Source: Terracidiphilus sp. (GTDB lineage: Bacteria > Acidobacteriota > Terriglobia > Terriglobales > Acidobacteriaceae). From it: a stretch of 64,000 nucleotides of DNA. Position numbers and translations under genes: made by a program. Where the stretch lies: positions 2,475 to 66,474 of the forward strand of contig JBEKGY010000018.1 in NCBI GenBank assembly GCA_050012555.1, given 5' to 3'. Below are positions 51,466 through 60,808 of this stretch, piece by piece (positions within the stretch are counted from its first letter, which is position 1; each line of letters opens with the position of its first letter). The notes beneath the pieces were generated by a model that searched no databases, had not been told where the DNA came from, and saw only the letters and a list, made by a program, of their open reading frames with translations.

Positions 51466-52760
51466 GTACCGCCTTTCCACATGGCCCGGAGCGCGACATT
51501 GCAACCATGAGCCCATTGGAGAGTTGCTTGCGCGCTCCCGTCAGACGGGTTCGAGGGAAATGGTTCTTTCTGGGCGCATTCATCTTCGCCTGTTTCTTAT
51601 TTTGGTGGCTTCCCAGCATAGTCTTCCGTTTGCTGGTTCACCAGGCGGATGCGGTGGAGGACGGAATGGTGGCCATCAGTGTGCTGGCGCTCGGTCTGTT
51701 CGTTGCTGGCTATCTGTTGCCGGTTTCCGGCAACCCGCGGAGCCAATTTTCCGGACGAATGCTCGACGGCTGCGGGAAGTTCGCTTTCCACGCCGCGTTC
51801 ATCCTCTTTGTCCCCGCGCTGATCATCGCCATTGTGCTTTTGCGCAGCCATGCCGCGGTGGTGTATGGCATGGGGGTCCCGATTCCCAGGCCGTACCAGG
51901 CGGTGTTGTATGCCCATCTGTTCTTCGGCTTCCTGTATCTCGGATCGGCCGATCCGGAGAAACAGGGATGGCGGCGCATCTTCACAGTGGTGGCTTTGGT
52001 TACCTTGCCGCGGCTGATCGAATCGCTGCATGGGGGAAGGTTCTTTCTGGCACAGGCAGTTGTCCCCGCCGTGCTGGTCGCCGTGGCCCGCGGCTGGATT
52101 CGCTTCTCCGCCAAGCGCCTGCTGCAGTTTGTCGCGCTGGCCCTGGTGATCATTTTTGTACCTCCGCTGACGCGCGGGGACGAGGTTATAGGACAAGACG
52201 AGAGCATCAAGTTTTTTGCGGCCGGTAGTTCGCTGCGGCTGTTCCAGGAAAATATCGACCTCAATCTAAACGGATACTGCCCGCCGTTGCTGGTTTCGCT
52301 GACGGCGAAGACCATCCCCTACGGTTTGCTGGGCGTGTGCGTGGTCGACATCGGGGGCTTGAAAGACATGCCCGCCACATTGGACAGGATTCTTACCCTC
52401 AACGACCCATGGAGCTTCAACGGCACGGTGTCGGGAACGGGATCGAACTATCTGCTTGATCTCTATCTGTTCGGCGGCTTTCCGGCGGTGTTTGCTGGTT
52501 CGGCATTGTTTGGCTTCAGTTGCCGGCGCTTTGTGGACTGGATCGGAAAGCGTTCGCTGTTTTCCGGAATCTGGGCCGAGTGCCTGACCCGCGCGCTCAT
52601 GGCGCCGCGTAGCGCTCTGGGCTACGTGTATGAGCGAATCCCGTCCCTGATTCTCACAACCTTCCTGGTTGTTTTATTAGTAGCTGCCGGCTTGTTACTG
52701 GAGAGCGAGTATGCGGACTATCGAGCAGCAAGAGGTCCGGCCATGGAGGAATCGAAATGA
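51462..52760 (+). CDS. wzy: Putative Wzy polymerase
   Basis: About 10 TM segments, GGRF, periplasmic loop, GTGSNYLLDLYLFGG; locus context. Confidence 0.7.
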   Translation: MSTAFPHGPERDIATMSPLESCLRAPVRRVRGKWFFLGAFIFACFLFWWLPSIVFRLLVHQADAVEDGMVAISVLALGLFVAGYLLPVSGNPRSQFSGRMLDGCGKFAFHAAFILFVPALIIAIVLLRSHAAVVYGMGVPIPRPYQAVLYAHLFFGFLYLGSADPEKQGWRRIFTVVALVTLPRLIESLHGGRFFLAQAVVPAVLVAVARGWIRFSAKRLLQFVALALVIIFVPPLTRGDEVIGQDESIKFFAAGSSLRLFQENIDLNLNGYCPPLLVSLTAKTIPYGLLGVCVVDIGGLKDMPATLDRILTLNDPWSFNGTVSGTGSNYLLDLYLFGGFPAVFAGSALFGFSCRRFVDWIGKRSLFSGIWAECLTRALMAPRSALGYVYERIPSLILTTFLVVLLVAAGLLLESEYADYRAARGPAMEESK

Positions 52761-53596
52761 AACTCTCCGTGTTGATGTCGGTGTACGACAAAGAATCTCC
52801 GGCCAATTTGCATCAGTGTCTGGACAGCCTTGCAATTCAGACTCTGGCGGCCGATGAGGTGGTTATCGTCGAAGACGGGCCGCTGGGAGAGCAACTAGAG
52901 GCAACCATTGCAGCGTTCAGGAAAATCCTGCCTATCGTCTCGCTGCCTTTGCCGGTCCATGTTGGCCTGGGAGCGGCTCTCCGCGCCGGTGTGTATATGT
53001 GCCAGGGAGAGTACGTGGCTCGTATGGATTCAGACGACATCTGCGTGCAGGACAGGTTTCAGAAGCAGGTCAGCTTCCTGGACAGCAACCGGGAGATTGA
53101 TGTGGTGGGGAGCGCAATCGCGGAGTTCGATGTGGACTGCTCGGCGCCGCGCTCGATTCGGCTTCTTCCCGTGGCAGGCCAGGCCCTGCGGCGTTTTGCG
53201 AAGGCCCGGACGCCGATGAACCACATGACTGTCGTCTTCCGCAAAGCCTCGGTAGTGGCCTCGGGCAACTACGAATCCTGCCAGGGCTTCGAGGACTACC
53301 ACCTCTGGGCCAGAATGTTGACGCTTGGCTACCGCCTGTACAACATGAACGACATCCTCGTCAACGCTCGCTGCGGTAATGGCATGCAAAACCGCAGGGG
53401 CGGCCTGGCCTACCTAAAAGGGGAGATCGAATTCCAGTCGTTTCTTCGCAAGATGGGTCTGCTGGATACTGCCGGATCCTTCTTGAACATCCTGATGCGC
53501 GGGCCAATCCGCCTGGCGCCCGACTTCGTCCGCTCCCTGTGCTACAGCCTGTTCCTGAGAACTCCTCCGACCATCCCACAGAGGACACTGCAATGA
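52757..53596 (+). CDS. GT2 glycosyltransferase (AmsE-like)
   Basis: SVLMSVY, VEDGPL, RMDSDD, NHMTV, EDYHLW. Confidence 0.9.
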   Translation: MKLSVLMSVYDKESPANLHQCLDSLAIQTLAADEVVIVEDGPLGEQLEATIAAFRKILPIVSLPLPVHVGLGAALRAGVYMCQGEYVARMDSDDICVQDRFQKQVSFLDSNREIDVVGSAIAEFDVDCSAPRSIRLLPVAGQALRRFAKARTPMNHMTVVFRKASVVASGNYESCQGFEDYHLWARMLTLGYRLYNMNDILVNARCGNGMQNRRGGLAYLKGEIEFQSFLRKMGLLDTAGSFLNILMRGPIRLAPDFVRSLCYSLFLRTPPTIPQRTLQ

Positions 53597-54552
53597 ACGA
53601 CCAGACCAGCCTCAATCCTCACAATCTCCTGGACAGGCGGTTTACGCGGGTCAGCGAATCAAAAGCTGCACAATCTGGGGATGCAGAGCCGAAGGGAAAA
53701 CACAGAATAAATATCAATTGGAAGGTAAAATCTTTCGCCTTTCAATGGCTCGACACCTTCTCGCTGCACAAGACGCTGTATTTTATGCAGAGAAATGTCA
53801 CCAGGAGATCGCGAATCGACATTTCAGCAGGATACAAGAATTGGTTGGTGCATCAGAATAACCTTGCGGTGCTTGAACGTCCCATGGTTTTCGAGTTCGG
53901 AGCTGGAAAACATCTATCCCAAAATATCTTTCTGTCTCAATATTTCGGGTCGCAGACGGTCGTAGATTTGTTTCCGATGCTCAACATTGAACTGGTGAAC
54001 GATGCAGCATCGCAAATATCCAGGCGATACCCATCCATTGCTTATCATGCGATGGCCAATATCTCCGATATAGAGCGATATTACAGGGTCCGCTATATAG
54101 CTCCATTTGATGCCGTCAAGACACCCTTCGACGACAACACTTTCGACGGTTGCGTTTCAACCGACACGCTTGAACATATTTCAGAGGACGTTATCATTGC
54201 GATATTCAAGGAGTTGCGGAGAATAATCCGGCCGGGGGGGCTGATCTCAGCGGTTATTGACTATTCAGATCATTATTCTTACACCGATAGAAATATCGGC
54301 CCCCTCAATTACTTGCAATACTCAGCAGATGAATTTAGAAAATACAATCATAACATCCACTATCAGAATCGATTGCGTCATTATGACTACGTTCGAATTT
54401 TTGCTGAGTTGGGCTATAAATGTATAAAGAGTGAAACTACAGATATTGCTCCGTCACCAACTCGGATTTCCCGCGAATTCGATATAACAGAACCATCATT
54501 GTGTGCCCTAAGAGGCATCTTCCTACTCCAAAACACTGGAAAGGGGTTATAA
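53593..54552 (+). CDS. Class I SAM-dependent methyltransferase, AT-rich
   Basis: FEFGAG motif I, FDGCVSTDTLEHI, RIIRPGG, IDYSDH. Confidence 0.85.
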   Translation: MNDQTSLNPHNLLDRRFTRVSESKAAQSGDAEPKGKHRININWKVKSFAFQWLDTFSLHKTLYFMQRNVTRRSRIDISAGYKNWLVHQNNLAVLERPMVFEFGAGKHLSQNIFLSQYFGSQTVVDLFPMLNIELVNDAASQISRRYPSIAYHAMANISDIERYYRVRYIAPFDAVKTPFDDNTFDGCVSTDTLEHISEDVIIAIFKELRRIIRPGGLISAVIDYSDHYSYTDRNIGPLNYLQYSADEFRKYNHNIHYQNRLRHYDYVRIFAELGYKCIKSETTDIAPSPTRISREFDITEPSLCALRGIFLLQNTGKGL

Positions 54553-55998
54553 GTGGAAAAGTCAGAGAAAACAGTACCAGCTTCCGAAATGCGAATTCCT
54601 TTTTACCTGATCGCAGTTCTCTATCTGACCATGCCGAATCTGCCTCTGTTGCTCTCTACCCGCACACTGGGTGTATTGCCGCATGGGTACATCAATCTGG
54701 AATACCTGCTGATTGGAGCGCTGGGCGTCTTTCTGCCGCGTGGCGTGGTCTTCGTACTGCTCTTGCTGGAATCGCTTGCGGACTTCGCCTATAGCGTTTG
54801 TTACACCTACCAGTTTTCGCTGGAGAACTTGCTATCGTCGCTACGCTATCTGCCTGTGCTGCCCAAGAGCCGGATACCGGAGGGGCTCGTCTTTCTGGCG
54901 GTAGGCATCCTGCTCTGCGCCGCGCTGGCTTTCGTTCGGCCTCGTCCTCAGAAGCGACTCTGGACAGCGGGCGTCCTATTGGCCTGCGTCGCCATTCTCA
55001 CCCCCATCGATATTCTCTGCGGGCAGAATCCCATCTGGCACAAGGATGTGGCGCTCAGTCCCTATCGTGTTACGCGAAGCCCCGTCTTTACTCTTGGGGT
55101 CCGCGAGGCCGCTGCTCGCTTCACAAACAAGAAAGAGAGTCAGGCGGACGATGCCCCGATGCGCTCCGCTTCCTCCCCGGCCATCTCCTTTTTCGACGGT
55201 CAACGGGGTTCAACAGAGTCCCCAAACGTCGTACTCATTGTCGTCGAGTCGTGGGGGCTGGCGCTCGACTCTCGACTTGCTCAGCAGCTCGCCGCGCCCT
55301 ATGACGATCCCCGCATTGCGCGGAAGTACAACGTATCGTATGGCGCCGTTCCTTTCACAGGGCTAACAGTGCCCGGCGAAGCGCGCGAACTTTGCCAATC
55401 TACCATCGGCTTTGGCATTCTGAACGCCTCTGCCAGGCTTGTGGAGAAATGCCTGCCTGCTTTCTTTCATGCCCGCGGCTACCAAAACCTCGCCATCCAC
55501 GGCTATGTCGGCCAGATGTTCTACCGCAGTACCTGGTACTCGAAGATGGGCTTCGATCGGATGTGGTTCGGTCCCAACTTGCATGAAATGGGACTCCCCA
55601 ACTGTCGCGGAGCATTCCCGGGAATCTGCGACGCATCCATTGCCGGCTGGATGGGAAGTTCGTTTCTCTCAGTGGACCAGGGTAAGCCCCTGTTCATCTA
55701 CTGGGTGACGCTGAATTCTCATCTCCCCGTACCCGCACATCCTGATCTTCCCGAAGATGGTGTCTGCGCAACACAGCCTGCGCTCCGGAGTTCAGCAGCG
55801 CTTTGCTCATGGTTTCGCCTCGTACGGGCTGTGCACCAGTCCGTTCAGCAGGTGGCCTTGGGGGCAACCGCAAGACCGACCGTATTCGTCCTGGTTGGCG
55901 ATCATGCGCCGCCCTTCGGCGATCCTGAGTTGCTGGCGGAGTTTTCAAGCACCCAGGTGCCTTACGTGATGCTGACGCCACGGCAGCAGAAATTCTAG
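54553..55998 (+). CDS. Membrane-anchored alkaline-phosphatase/sulfatase-superfamily transferase (LtaS/WcbQ-like)
   Basis: N-terminal TMs, VVESWG, GLTVPGEARELC, TLNSHLP, VGDHAPP. Confidence 0.8.
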   Translation: MEKSEKTVPASEMRIPFYLIAVLYLTMPNLPLLLSTRTLGVLPHGYINLEYLLIGALGVFLPRGVVFVLLLLESLADFAYSVCYTYQFSLENLLSSLRYLPVLPKSRIPEGLVFLAVGILLCAALAFVRPRPQKRLWTAGVLLACVAILTPIDILCGQNPIWHKDVALSPYRVTRSPVFTLGVREAAARFTNKKESQADDAPMRSASSPAISFFDGQRGSTESPNVVLIVVESWGLALDSRLAQQLAAPYDDPRIARKYNVSYGAVPFTGLTVPGEARELCQSTIGFGILNASARLVEKCLPAFFHARGYQNLAIHGYVGQMFYRSTWYSKMGFDRMWFGPNLHEMGLPNCRGAFPGICDASIAGWMGSSFLSVDQGKPLFIYWVTLNSHLPVPAHPDLPEDGVCATQPALRSSAALCSWFRLVRAVHQSVQQVALGATARPTVFVLVGDHAPPFGDPELLAEFSSTQVPYVMLTPRQQKF

Positions 55999-56047
55999 TC
56001 GGTCTGAGCGATCCAGAAGTGTAAATACTATGTTATCTATGAGTTAT

Positions 56048-56124
<77 letters not shown>

Positions 56125-56404
56125 AATACAGTTTAACAATTGTCCGGATGGGGGTCAAGTGGCCGGGCGTGCAAAGGCAGGGCCGACGCCTCTTACGGCT
56201 CCTTGAACTGGGAAAAGGCAAGAATATTTCTGCGCGGGTGCCGGGGTTGAAACCTCAACCTGCCGGATCCGGCCGACTGGACCGGGCTCAATGGCGGCTG
56301 TCGCTTCCTGTCCTTGCCTCGTGCAGGCTGCCTCCTTGCCGGTTTTGGAATACCGCTCAGGAGCGGTACAATTCGAGCGAGTCAATTGACAAAGGGGATA
56401 TCCA

Positions 56405-58822
56405 ATGACGGATTTATCACGCCGCGAATTCATCCATGCAGTGACGGGAGCCGCAGTGGGCACTACGGTTGCCGGCCATGATGCGTTTCTTCATGGTGAA
56501 ACCTTAGCGGCATACCGGACGGCAGCCGGCCAAAGCAGCGCTCCGTGCGACGGGTCATGCCTGCCGCTCCAGTCTGCGATCTTTCCGCAACCACAGGAGA
56601 TTTCCAGTTCGGGCAGCGACTTTGTGCTCGACAACCAAATACGGGTTGTGGTGCCATCCGGGGCATCGGAGGAAGATTTGCTCTTAGCCGGCTTGCTGGT
56701 GAACGAATTGAGCGACCGGTTTGGACTGCATCTGAAGATCGAACGCGTGAAGAGTTTGAGTGCCGGCAAACGCGCAATCCTGATGGGATCGATGGAGAAT
56801 CCATTGGTTCGGCGGTATTGCACGGAAATGAAACTTATGGCCGGCGTGGAAAGTCTTGGTCCGGAGAGCTATATTCTTCAGACCGACAACAACCTGGTTC
56901 TGGTTGCCGGCAAGGACGATCGCGGTGCGTTCTATGGGGTGCAGTCTCTGCGGCAATTACTGGTAAAAGAAGAGAAGGAAGTTCGATTCCGCGGAGCGCA
57001 GATTCGCGATTGGCCCGACAAGCCGTTTCGAGGAATCTATATGTTCCTCCCCGGGCGCGACAACATACAGTATTTCAAGCGCTTTGTGCGCGACTTCATG
57101 GCGTTGTATAAGTACAACACGCTCATCCTGGAAATGAACTCATGCATGCGTCTTGATAACCACCCTGAATTGAACTACGGATGGGTGCAGTTCGCTAGAG
57201 ACGTAAACTATAGCTGCCGCAACTATCCTCTTCAGCCGTTCCACGACATGGAGCAGAACTCTTCGCACCAGGATACGGCCGACGGAGGTTTTCTTGAAAA
57301 AGAGGAGGTCGCCGATCTGGCCCGGTGGATAAAGAAACATCACATCGAACTTATCCCGGAAATTCCATCTTTTACGCACAGTTACTATCTGTTGACGTCA
57401 AACAGAGAATTGGCGGCAGTACCGCAAGACAAGTGGCCTGACATCTATTGCCCGACCAATCCTAAGTCCTACGAGCTGGTATACGAGGTCTATGATGAGT
57501 TCATCGATCTTCTGAAGCCCAAGAGCGTCCACATCGGCCACGATGAACTGTTCCTGGCTGTCGCGGTATCTCCCCAGTGCAACGACCTGGATATCAGCGA
57601 GTTATACGGGGAGGACGTGAACAAGATCCACCATTATCTTGCTTCCAAGGGCGTTAAGACACACCTTTGGGGCGATATGCTGCTTCAGGCAGTGAGAGGA
57701 ACCGGACTGCAGAAGAAGACAGCGCCGGATGGCTGGATCTATAACTCTCCCGGCGGCATGACGCCGGAGCAGGTGGAGAGACTGATACCAAAAGACTGCA
57801 TTATTTATAACTGGTTTTGGAGCGATGAAGGAGATAAAGAGACCCAGGCCGAAAAGAACGAAGATATTCTGGATAAAATGGGCTTTCAGCAGATATTCGG
57901 TAATTTCACGCCGAATATTCAACACTATGAGACGCGAAAGAAGCGCGCGACTTTGCTCGGCGGCGCGCCGTCGTCCTGGTTTGCCACAAACGAAATCGGC
58001 ATCGGCAAAGATGTCATGTCCGATTTTCTGGGCTGCAGCAACATACTCTGGACCGGTCACGTAATTCAAGGCAAGGAGTTATCGGGACGGATTCAGTCGA
58101 TGTTGCCATCGATTCGAACCCGGCTTAGCGGAACCACTCCCCCCAGCCAGACAGAAACCTCAATCGTCCCCGTGGATATTTCGGGGAGATTCAATATTGG
58201 GGATGCCGTTTCCACGCTGGGAATAAACCTGGAGGGAATGGCGACTGAAATCGTCCAGTACAACAGCATTCCTTTCAATCTGAGGCGCGCAAACGGCATG
58301 CGCGCGATTATCGCCGGGACCCAGGGGAAGGAAGCCATTGAGTTGCCTAATGCTGTGACGGGCATTGCAGTGGGAGAAGCGCCTACCAGTTTGATCTTTC
58401 TGCACGCGTCGGCAAGGAAGGCGAAAAATAGAGACAGCTATAGGATGATCTGGGATCAGCAAGATACGGCAGACCTTCTGGGATGGTATGAGGTGGTTTA
58501 TGAAGATAAATTTGTGACCACTATTCCCATTCGCTATGGAGTCAATATACTCGAATGGAACTGGGACCAGCGTATCTCTTCACAGGACTTATGCTACGGT
58601 GCGGATGCGGTGGCAGTTGGAGGCCGCGCGCCAAGCAGCGTGACATTTTTCGCTTACGAGTGGATCAATCCGCGCTTAGGCAAAGTAGTACAGGAGATCC
58701 GGCTGAAAGGCACAACAGGATTCCGGGGCGGCTCCGACGACTTTGATAACAGCCAGGGATCCGTGATCGCGAGTAATGCGGTGATTCTGGCAGCGCTCAG
58801 CATGGTGAAGATGCGAAGCTGA
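56405..58822 (+). CDS. Tat-exported GH20-like glycoside hydrolase with extra C-terminal domain
   Basis: SRREF Tat motif, IFPQPQ, ESYIL, IRDWPDKPFRG, IPEI, HIGHDE. Confidence 0.85.
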   Translation: MTDLSRREFIHAVTGAAVGTTVAGHDAFLHGETLAAYRTAAGQSSAPCDGSCLPLQSAIFPQPQEISSSGSDFVLDNQIRVVVPSGASEEDLLLAGLLVNELSDRFGLHLKIERVKSLSAGKRAILMGSMENPLVRRYCTEMKLMAGVESLGPESYILQTDNNLVLVAGKDDRGAFYGVQSLRQLLVKEEKEVRFRGAQIRDWPDKPFRGIYMFLPGRDNIQYFKRFVRDFMALYKYNTLILEMNSCMRLDNHPELNYGWVQFARDVNYSCRNYPLQPFHDMEQNSSHQDTADGGFLEKEEVADLARWIKKHHIELIPEIPSFTHSYYLLTSNRELAAVPQDKWPDIYCPTNPKSYELVYEVYDEFIDLLKPKSVHIGHDELFLAVAVSPQCNDLDISELYGEDVNKIHHYLASKGVKTHLWGDMLLQAVRGTGLQKKTAPDGWIYNSPGGMTPEQVERLIPKDCIIYNWFWSDEGDKETQAEKNEDILDKMGFQQIFGNFTPNIQHYETRKKRATLLGGAPSSWFATNEIGIGKDVMSDFLGCSNILWTGHVIQGKELSGRIQSMLPSIRTRLSGTTPPSQTETSIVPVDISGRFNIGDAVSTLGINLEGMATEIVQYNSIPFNLRRANGMRAIIAGTQGKEAIELPNAVTGIAVGEAPTSLIFLHASARKAKNRDSYRMIWDQQDTADLLGWYEVVYEDKFVTTIPIRYGVNILEWNWDQRISSQDLCYGADAVAVGGRAPSSVTFFAYEWINPRLGKVVQEIRLKGTTGFRGGSDDFDNSQGSVIASNAVILAALSMVKMRS

Positions 58823-59446
58823 GCAGAGAGCGGAGCAAGTCGGTCTGCTCAGGTTAACAGCAGTTATATAATGAGCTTTTGACTCATTAAGTTGAACAAT
58901 GCAAATGGAAACAGCTTGTTCGGTCAAAAGCGGCGAGTTAGCCCCCGCTAACGCGGGGATAGCGAGTTAGCAGGTTAGCGGCGGCATCGCCGAAGGCAGT
59001 TTTATCCCTCCGTGGTTAGCGACATCTGTGGACGATTGATGTAAGACCTACATGGCCAGATTCTTGAAACGCCCCTATTTACTATTTAATTATCTGCATG
59101 GTTACTACTGGGTAGGGGGTAGGCCAAGGCACCGAGTTCTTACATTACTTAAGTACACTGTGGTATTAGACCCTCCGGGTAGGGGGGGGGGTAGGGTACG
59201 GGCCGGGGCGGAGAGCAGGGCTTTCCTGTTGCCGCTCGACCCGTTTCAACATTCGGCCTTTGCTCTGCCTCTTTCACTCTCGGACCTCTATTCAACATTG
59301 TGCTCCGATGGAAGGTAATTATCGGCAAAGAGCGGCGCGCATTTGTCTGCGGAAGGGAAAAACGCCACAGGCTGTCCGAATTGAGATTTTCGTAGCCTGA
59401 AAAGCCGGTGAAGGATCAGGGAAGCAACACGAGAATATAGCTGTAT

Positions 59447-60619
59447 CTACAGCCCACGCAGGCGGGCGCAGGCTTCGTCGAGTTCGGGGTCTTTTTTGGC
59501 GAAGCAAAATCTCAATAAATTTTCGCCGTGGCCGGTGCGGAAGAAGGCGGAGCCGGCTACCGCGGCTACGCCGGTGGCGGCCAGAAGATTGCGCGCCTTC
59601 TCAGGAGAAGTTTTGCCGGGCAGGCGGGTGGAGTCGGCCAGGACGTAGTAGGCGCCGGCGGGGACGGCAGGTTCGAGGCCGGCGGCCTGGAGGGCGCTGA
59701 GCATGCGGGCGCGCTTGGATTGGTGGTCGGCGGCTAACTGGGCGTAAAAGCTGGGCGGGAGTTGTTCGAGGCCTGCGGCGCAGGCGTGCTGGAAGGCGGA
59801 GGGGGCGCAGACGTAGGTCAGGTCGTGGAAGTAGGCGATGGAGGGGAGCCAGCGGGGGTCGGCGAGAACATAGCCAACGCGCCAGCCGGTGACGGAGAAG
59901 GTCTTGGAGAAACCGGAAAGGACGATGGTACGTTGCTTCATGCCGGGGAGCGTGGAGGGCGCGATGTGGCGCGCTCCGTCGTAGACGAAGTACTCGTAGA
60001 TTTCGTCGGTGATGAGGAAGAGGTCGTGCTCCTGGACGACTACGGCGATGGATTCGAGTTCATGGCGGGTGAAGACTTTGCCGCTGGGGTTGGCGGGGGT
60101 GTTGAGGACCAGGGCGCGTGTGCGTGGGGTGATGGACGCTTTCAACGCGTCGAGATCGAGGGCGAAGCCGGGCTCGGCGAGGGGGACGAAAACGGGAGTG
60201 ATGCGGAGGGACTGGAGTGTGGAGACGTGGTAGCCGTAGAAAGGCTCGAAGAGGAGGACTTCGTCGCCGGGATTGAGCAGGGCCATGACCGCGGCGTGGA
60301 AACCGCCGGTGGCGCCGGAGGAGACGAGGACTTCGGTCTCGGGGTCGTAGGAAAGGGCGTAGTCGCGGAGTTGCTTGGCGGCGATGGCGTTGCGGAGGCG
60401 GGCGATGCCGTCGAGGCGGGTGTAGATGTTGTGGCCGTCGTGGATGGCTGCGAGAGCTTCGGCTTCGACGGCCGGAGGAACAGGAGTGTCACAGACGCCC
60501 TGGGCGAGGTTGATGCCGCCCATGGCGTCGCAGGCGAGGGTCATGGCGCGGATTTCCGACTGCACGGCGGCGGGGGCGAGGTGGCTGAGGGCGAGACGGG
60601 ATTGTGTGGTAATGGGCAT
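59447..60619 (-). CDS. PLP-dependent aminotransferase class I/II
   Basis: INLAQG, NTPANPSG, DEIYE, SGFSKTFSVTGWRVG. Confidence 0.93.
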   Translation of the reverse strand: MPITTQSRLALSHLAPAAVQSEIRAMTLACDAMGGINLAQGVCDTPVPPAVEAEALAAIHDGHNIYTRLDGIARLRNAIAAKQLRDYALSYDPETEVLVSSGATGGFHAAVMALLNPGDEVLLFEPFYGYHVSTLQSLRITPVFVPLAEPGFALDLDALKASITPRTRALVLNTPANPSGKVFTRHELESIAVVVQEHDLFLITDEIYEYFVYDGARHIAPSTLPGMKQRTIVLSGFSKTFSVTGWRVGYVLADPRWLPSIAYFHDLTYVCAPSAFQHACAAGLEQLPPSFYAQLAADHQSKRARMLSALQAAGLEPAVPAGAYYVLADSTRLPGKTSPEKARNLLAATGVAAVAGSAFFRTGHGENLLRFCFAKKDPELDEACARLRGL

Positions 60620-60750
60620 GGGAAGTTCGAATATCCTTATTCTTTCATCTTATATATGGCGCGGGGCTGGTTGGCTTAGTGGCAGATTTTCTCAGGGCTA
60701 AAGCTCATACCTTTCAAAACATTGACTTATTGCGCTTGCCCCGGAAACAC

Positions 60751-60779
60751 AAAGGCCCTTCAGCCGGTGCCGAAGAGCC
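60751..60779 (-). terminator. Intrinsic terminator after the MFS gene
   Basis: Minus strand GGCTCTTCGGC-ACCG-GCTGAAGGGCC then TTTGTGTT. Confidence 0.65.
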
Positions 60780-60808
60780 CTTGAACTTACAGCGGACAGA
60801 CAACCAGC

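Noticed and set aside
59052-59318. 88-aa ORF in the convergent intergenic region
   Set aside because: No RBS or motif, and it runs through the G10 tract; probably spurious
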